This document shows positions 59,634 through 63,679 of a stretch of DNA of 63,679 nucleotides, in pieces. Each line of letters opens with the position of its first letter. The stretch's first letter is position 1. Below the pieces are notes generated by a model. It did no database searches, was not told where the DNA came from, and was given only the letters and a program-made list of their open reading frames with translations. The translations under genes were made by a program, and so were the position numbers. The DNA is taken from NCBI RefSeq assembly GCF_001447785.1, contig NW_015175359.1:53062-116740 (forward strand), in the 5' to 3' direction. The stretch is from Gekko japonicus (taxonomy: Eukaryota).

Positions 59634-60397
59634 GTGAGTCAAAAAAAAATTCCTGCCTCTGTGCGTATGTATGGTTTTTGTCTGGGGGAGGGGGGGATTT
59701 CTCTTTCCTAGCTTTGGGTGGAGACAAATCACTTAGGATCAGATCTAGGTAGCTGGGGCTGTCTTGAGACATATCTGGGAGAGGATTGGGGTTGCTCCTT
59801 GTATCTGTCAATCTGAGGCGAGGTTTTAACCTGGGTCCTAGTCTGACACTGTGCCACACTAGTCTGTCCTTACCTTGCCGCTTTAGGGCAGTTTTCTTGC
59901 GCTGTGACTTGTGTTGTACTACTACCACCTCTGAGGTTTGCGGCTGTCTTCGCATGGGTGCAAAAAGGGGAGGGGGATTCAATTGCAGCCTCCTCAGCAT
60001 CTCATATAGTTTAGTCCTGAGGAGTAAACCTATGTCTGGATTATACCACCTTGGACCACAGCTAGGGGCTGGCATGACTGAATGCCCCTCCATATTTAAA
60101 AAATCATTGCTCCTAGAAAGCTAGGTTAGAACTCTTCTTCTGACATGCTAGTTCCCCCCCCCCATGTGTAGGAGGGGGCAGCATTCAGTTGCCTATAGTC
60201 TGAAGTACACAGTCACTATTTGGGTCACTTGTAAGAACTATACCCCCTCCTGCAAGGGTGTTAGATTCGCTGCCTCCCTGCTCTGGATACACCTTGGGAT
60301 TAGTTCTCATAGGCAGGCAACAGGAGAGAGAGAGAGAACTCCTCTTCTCCTTACAACAGCAGTCACTGTGTCTGTCCCCACGTGCTTCCCCCCGCAG

Positions 60398-60493
60398 AAT
60401 CATCGCCACTCCTGGCCGCCTGGTTCATGTGGCTGTGGAGATGAAACTCAAGCTACAGAGTGTGGAATACGTGGTGTTCGATGAAGCAGACAG
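60398..60493 (+). CDS. DDX54: DDX54 exon 7 (DEAD box)
   Basis: [39 protein letters not shown]. Confidence 0.96.
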
Positions 60494-60516
60494 GTCAGTT
60501 TTGGTTCTGTTGTCCA

Positions 60517-61455
60517 GATAAGAACATAAGAGACGCCAATGTTGGATCAGGCCAAAGGCCCATCCAGTCCCAACACTCGGTGTCACACATGGCCAGAAAA
60601 TACCAGGTGCCATCAGGAGGTCCACCAGTGGGGCCAGGACATTANNNNNNNNNNNNNNNNNNNNNNNNNNNNNNNNNNNNNNNNNNNNNNNNNNNNNNNN
60701 NNNNNNNNNNNNNNNNNNNNNNNNNNNNNNNNNNNNNNNNNNNNNNNNNNNNNNNNNNNNNNNNNNNNNNNNNNNNNNNNNNNNNNNNNNNNNNNNNNNN
60801 NNNNNNNNNNNNNNNNNNNNNNNNNNNNNNNNNNNNNNNNNNNNNNNNNNNNNNNNNNNNNNNNNNNNNNNNNNNNNNNNNNNNNNNNNNNNNNNNNNNN
60901 NNNNNNNNNNNNNNNNNNNNNNNNNNNNNNNNNNNNNNNNNNNNNNNNNNNNNNNNNNNNNNNNNNNNNNNNNNNNNNNNNNNNNNNNNNNNNNNNNNNN
61001 NNNNNNNNNNNNNNNNNNNNNNNNNNNNNNNNNNNNNNNNNNNNNNNNNNNNNNNNNNNNNNNNNNNNNNNNNNNNNNNNNNNNNNNNNNNNNNNNNNNN
61101 NNNNNNNNNNNNNNNNNNNNNNNNNNNNNNNNNNNNNAATAATCCCCAGCATAGCATTGGCCTTTTTTATTGCAGTCACACACTGTCTCGACATTTTCAG
61201 TGAGTTATCTACTACAACTCCATGATCTCTCTCTTGATCAGTCTCTGCCAGTTCAGACCCCATCAATGTGTATTTATATTTAGGATTTTTGGCTCCAATG
61301 TGCATCACCTTGCACTTGGCCACATTGAACCCCATTTGCCATGTTGACGCCCACTTGCCCATCCTTGACAGATCCCTTTGGAGTGCCTCACAATCCTCAC
61401 TAGTTTTCACCACCCTGAACAACTTCGTATCATCCGCAAATTTAGCCACTTCACT
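60517..61455 (-). mobile_element. CR1 LINE fragment spanning the gap
   Basis: RT motif KFADDTKLFR..FNVAKCKVMHIG..KKANAMLGII; CR1 3' end at 60517-60644. Confidence 0.88.
60645..61137. other. Assembly gap (N run)
   Basis: Run of N. Confidence 1.
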
Positions 61456-61631
61456 GCTTACGTTTCTGAACAATCCCAAGTAGCCATTGTATCGATGGGC
61501 ATCAGAGGGGGACCAGGCCAGGGTAACTGGGTCACTGCCAAGGGGCTGGGACATTTACAGTACAATCTTACATGGAGGTATACCAGTCTGTGCCCATTCA
61601 AATCAGTGTGCTTGGAATGGAGTAAGTCTGT

Positions 61632-61955
61632 AAAGGTTAAGGTTTCTCTTGCTCGAAAGCCAGTCAAATCTGACTCTAGGGATGTGGTGCTCATCTCCGT
61701 TTCCAATCCGAAGAGCCAGCGCTGTCCAGAGACATTTCTGTGGTCATGTGGCCGGCATGACTAGACACTGAGGTGCAAGGAATGCTGTTGCCTTCCCACC
61801 AAAGTGGTACCTATTTATCTACTTGCAATTTCTTGCTTTCGAACTGCTAGGTTGGCAGGAGCTGGAACCAGAGACGGGAGCTCACCATGTCCGCTGAACT
61901 ACCGACCTTCCGGTCCGCAGTTCAGTGTCTTAACCACTTGAGCCACAGCAGTCCC
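61632..61955 (-). mobile_element. Sauria SINE
   Basis: Reverse complement of the 13931 family; TSD-like GGAGTAA(G/C)TCTGTAA. Confidence 0.8.
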
Positions 61956-63003
61956 ACGGAGTAACTCTGTAACTCTGTAGGTTACACCAATAATTGTGTG
62001 ATTTATGTAGATCAAACTTTTGATTTTAATTTTTTATTGATTGACTAACAAGTGCCCCAAATTAATTGGGCAGTAGATTGAATGAAGATAATTAATGCAA
62101 TTAGTAAAAACTGAAATTGGCTTGTTTTGGGGGAGACAAATGAGACTATGTTTGTGGTGAAAATGACAAAAGTGACACATAAACATGTAGCTGAAAAGTA
62201 AATGAAGCATGTGGAGCTTTTTCCTTAGACCTCTTTTTCCCATCTGATATGCAAATGTATGCAGATTCATTTACCTGATTAGTACTCTAAAGCTCATAGA
62301 ACTACGCTTTTTTAAATTGGGCTGTCATCTTGTTTCCTGTAGATGAAGGAAATGCCCTGTTTATATTCATGTTCAGGTTATTTTAGTGCTATAAATTTTA
62401 TTCTGTTTTGGGTGCTGTTTACTCTATATGCCCCCCGCCCTTTCCAAAATCTATATCAAGGGAGTCCAAATTCTGCACCAAGGAGAAATTGATTTCTGTA
62501 GTTCTGTGTAAATGATGTAAACTGAAAACACCTTGCAATATTCTGCAGAATTGATCTGCTTTTACTAGTGATTGTGGCTGGGCAGTGAGCTATGTGGACT
62601 GGTTGGGCCATTGGCCTGATCCAGCAAGGCTTCTCTTGTGTGGGAGAAGCCTTGCTGGAAGCTTGTGGGAAGGCTTCTCTTGTGTGGGAGTTCTGCCTAG
62701 AATCGTTTTGCAAGCGATACTGTATTTTGTATTTTTTAAAAAATGAATTTGTAAGCCACCTTGAGATATGGGAAATGTAAGTATAAATATTTTAATACAT
62801 TATTATCAGCACCCTCCCAAGCGCCCCTAATTTAGCATGACCCCGGGATGCTTCTTCCCCCCAAACCAATGAGTAACACGATATGTGACTGACTACCAAA
62901 GCTGTCTAAAATTTGTGTTGGAGGTTGCTGTGGATCCTGCCCCATTGTCCGTCTCTTCCATCCCTGCCACTTGCTGAACTTCCTCTGCCGCTTCCCTCAC
63001 CAG

Positions 63004-63125
63004 GCTCTTTGAGATGGGCTTTGCCGAGCAGTTGCAGGAGATCCTCGCCCGGCTCCCAGAGAGCCGCCAGACAGTGTTGTTCTCTGCCACCCTGCCAAAA
63101 CTTCTGGTGGAGTTTGCCAGAGCTG
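63004..63125 (+). CDS. DDX54: DDX54 exon 8 (SAT motif)
   Basis: [49 protein letters not shown]. Confidence 0.96.
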
Positions 63126-63679
63126 GTAAGTGGGCAGGCCTGGTGGGGTGGGGGTGGATACTGTGCTCATGTTGGCATCCTGGTGGCACTCCAAAGCACA
63201 CAGGGTAGTACTTCGTGTTTTGCTCCCGCCGCACTACTCTGCTTTTATAGAGAGTCAGGATGTTGAACTGTTTGGCTGAGTGTGGCGTTCTCCACCCAGT
63301 ATAGCAGTTGCCAGCAGAGAAATATCTTTCTCAGAACCTGCTTAACTGCAAGTGCTAGGGATTGGTTCTGGGTGGTTGTTGTTTTGCACAGAAAACAAGG
63401 TGCTCCAGCACTGAGGCACAGCCCCTCTTCTTGTGTCCTGTGTGGAAATTATGTCTAACCCAGGAAGGAGACAGCAGCAAGGACAGGAGGCCATGTGTGA
63501 TGCAAAGCTTGTCCCTTTTGATGGGGTCTTAGGACTCACCCAGCTGTCATTTTTGTGCTCTTGGTTGGGAAATCTCCCTCTTTTTTTCTTCTTTCTACCT
63601 CAGAACAGCCTTCTTCCTCTGTGTGGGAAATCAGCCATGCACAAATCCTAGCAGCTGTGCAAGCAGAGGAGGGAGTACA

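Larger units (their letters stand above)
54492..63125 (+). other. DDX54: DDX54 (DEAD-box RNA helicase, Dbp10 orthologue) 5' coding span; continues beyond right edge
   Basis: Eight exons give the Q motif (GYKVPTPIQ), motif I ARTGSGKT, Ia PTRELA, Ib TPGR, II DEAD and III SAT, plus the DDX54-specific [15 protein letters not shown]. Confidence 0.97.

Noticed and set aside
60425-61554. Long ORFs crossing N gaps (also 34008-34648)
   Set aside because: Artefacts of translating through N; only the CR1 RT part is real
63590-63679. Acceptor-like tract near the window end as DDX54 exon 9
   Set aside because: Downstream sequence does not encode the expected GLTEPVLIRLD
1-63679. CRISPR array, operon or other novel multi-gene system
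   Set aside because: Vertebrate intron-exon DNA with known conserved synteny; no repeat-spacer array or unexplained long ORF

Overview
Eukaryotic genomic DNA from a squamate reptile. The Squam3-, Sauria- and 5S-derived SINEs and Bov-B point to a squamate, most likely a gecko. The window holds the conserved four-gene block TPCN1(-) | IQCD/DRC10(+) | RITA1(-) | DDX54(+), in the same order and orientation as human 12q24. I traced 9 TPCN1 coding exons (gene continues off the left end), all 4 IQCD coding exons (429 aa), both RITA1 coding exons (273 aa) and DDX54 exons 1-8 (continues off the right end). All have GT-AG junctions with consistent phases. Two divergent CpG-rich promoters lie at about 33.7-36.0 kb and 53.2-54.6 kb. 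Introns are dense with SINEs, L2/CR1/Bov-B fragments, Penelope-like elements carrying hammerhead-like motifs, several hAT MITE families with exact 8-bp TSDs, and local tandem duplications. There are two N gaps. I see no evidence of a novel multi-gene system. The most interesting candidates are: an in-frame upstream 3' splice site of TPCN1 carrying a single stop, a SINE tail serving as a TPCN1 polypyrimidine tract, Penelope hammerhead motifs, a nested hAT cluster, and a MITE bracketed by two ~167-bp tandem duplications. Repeat boundaries are read by eye and approximate unless a TSD is given.
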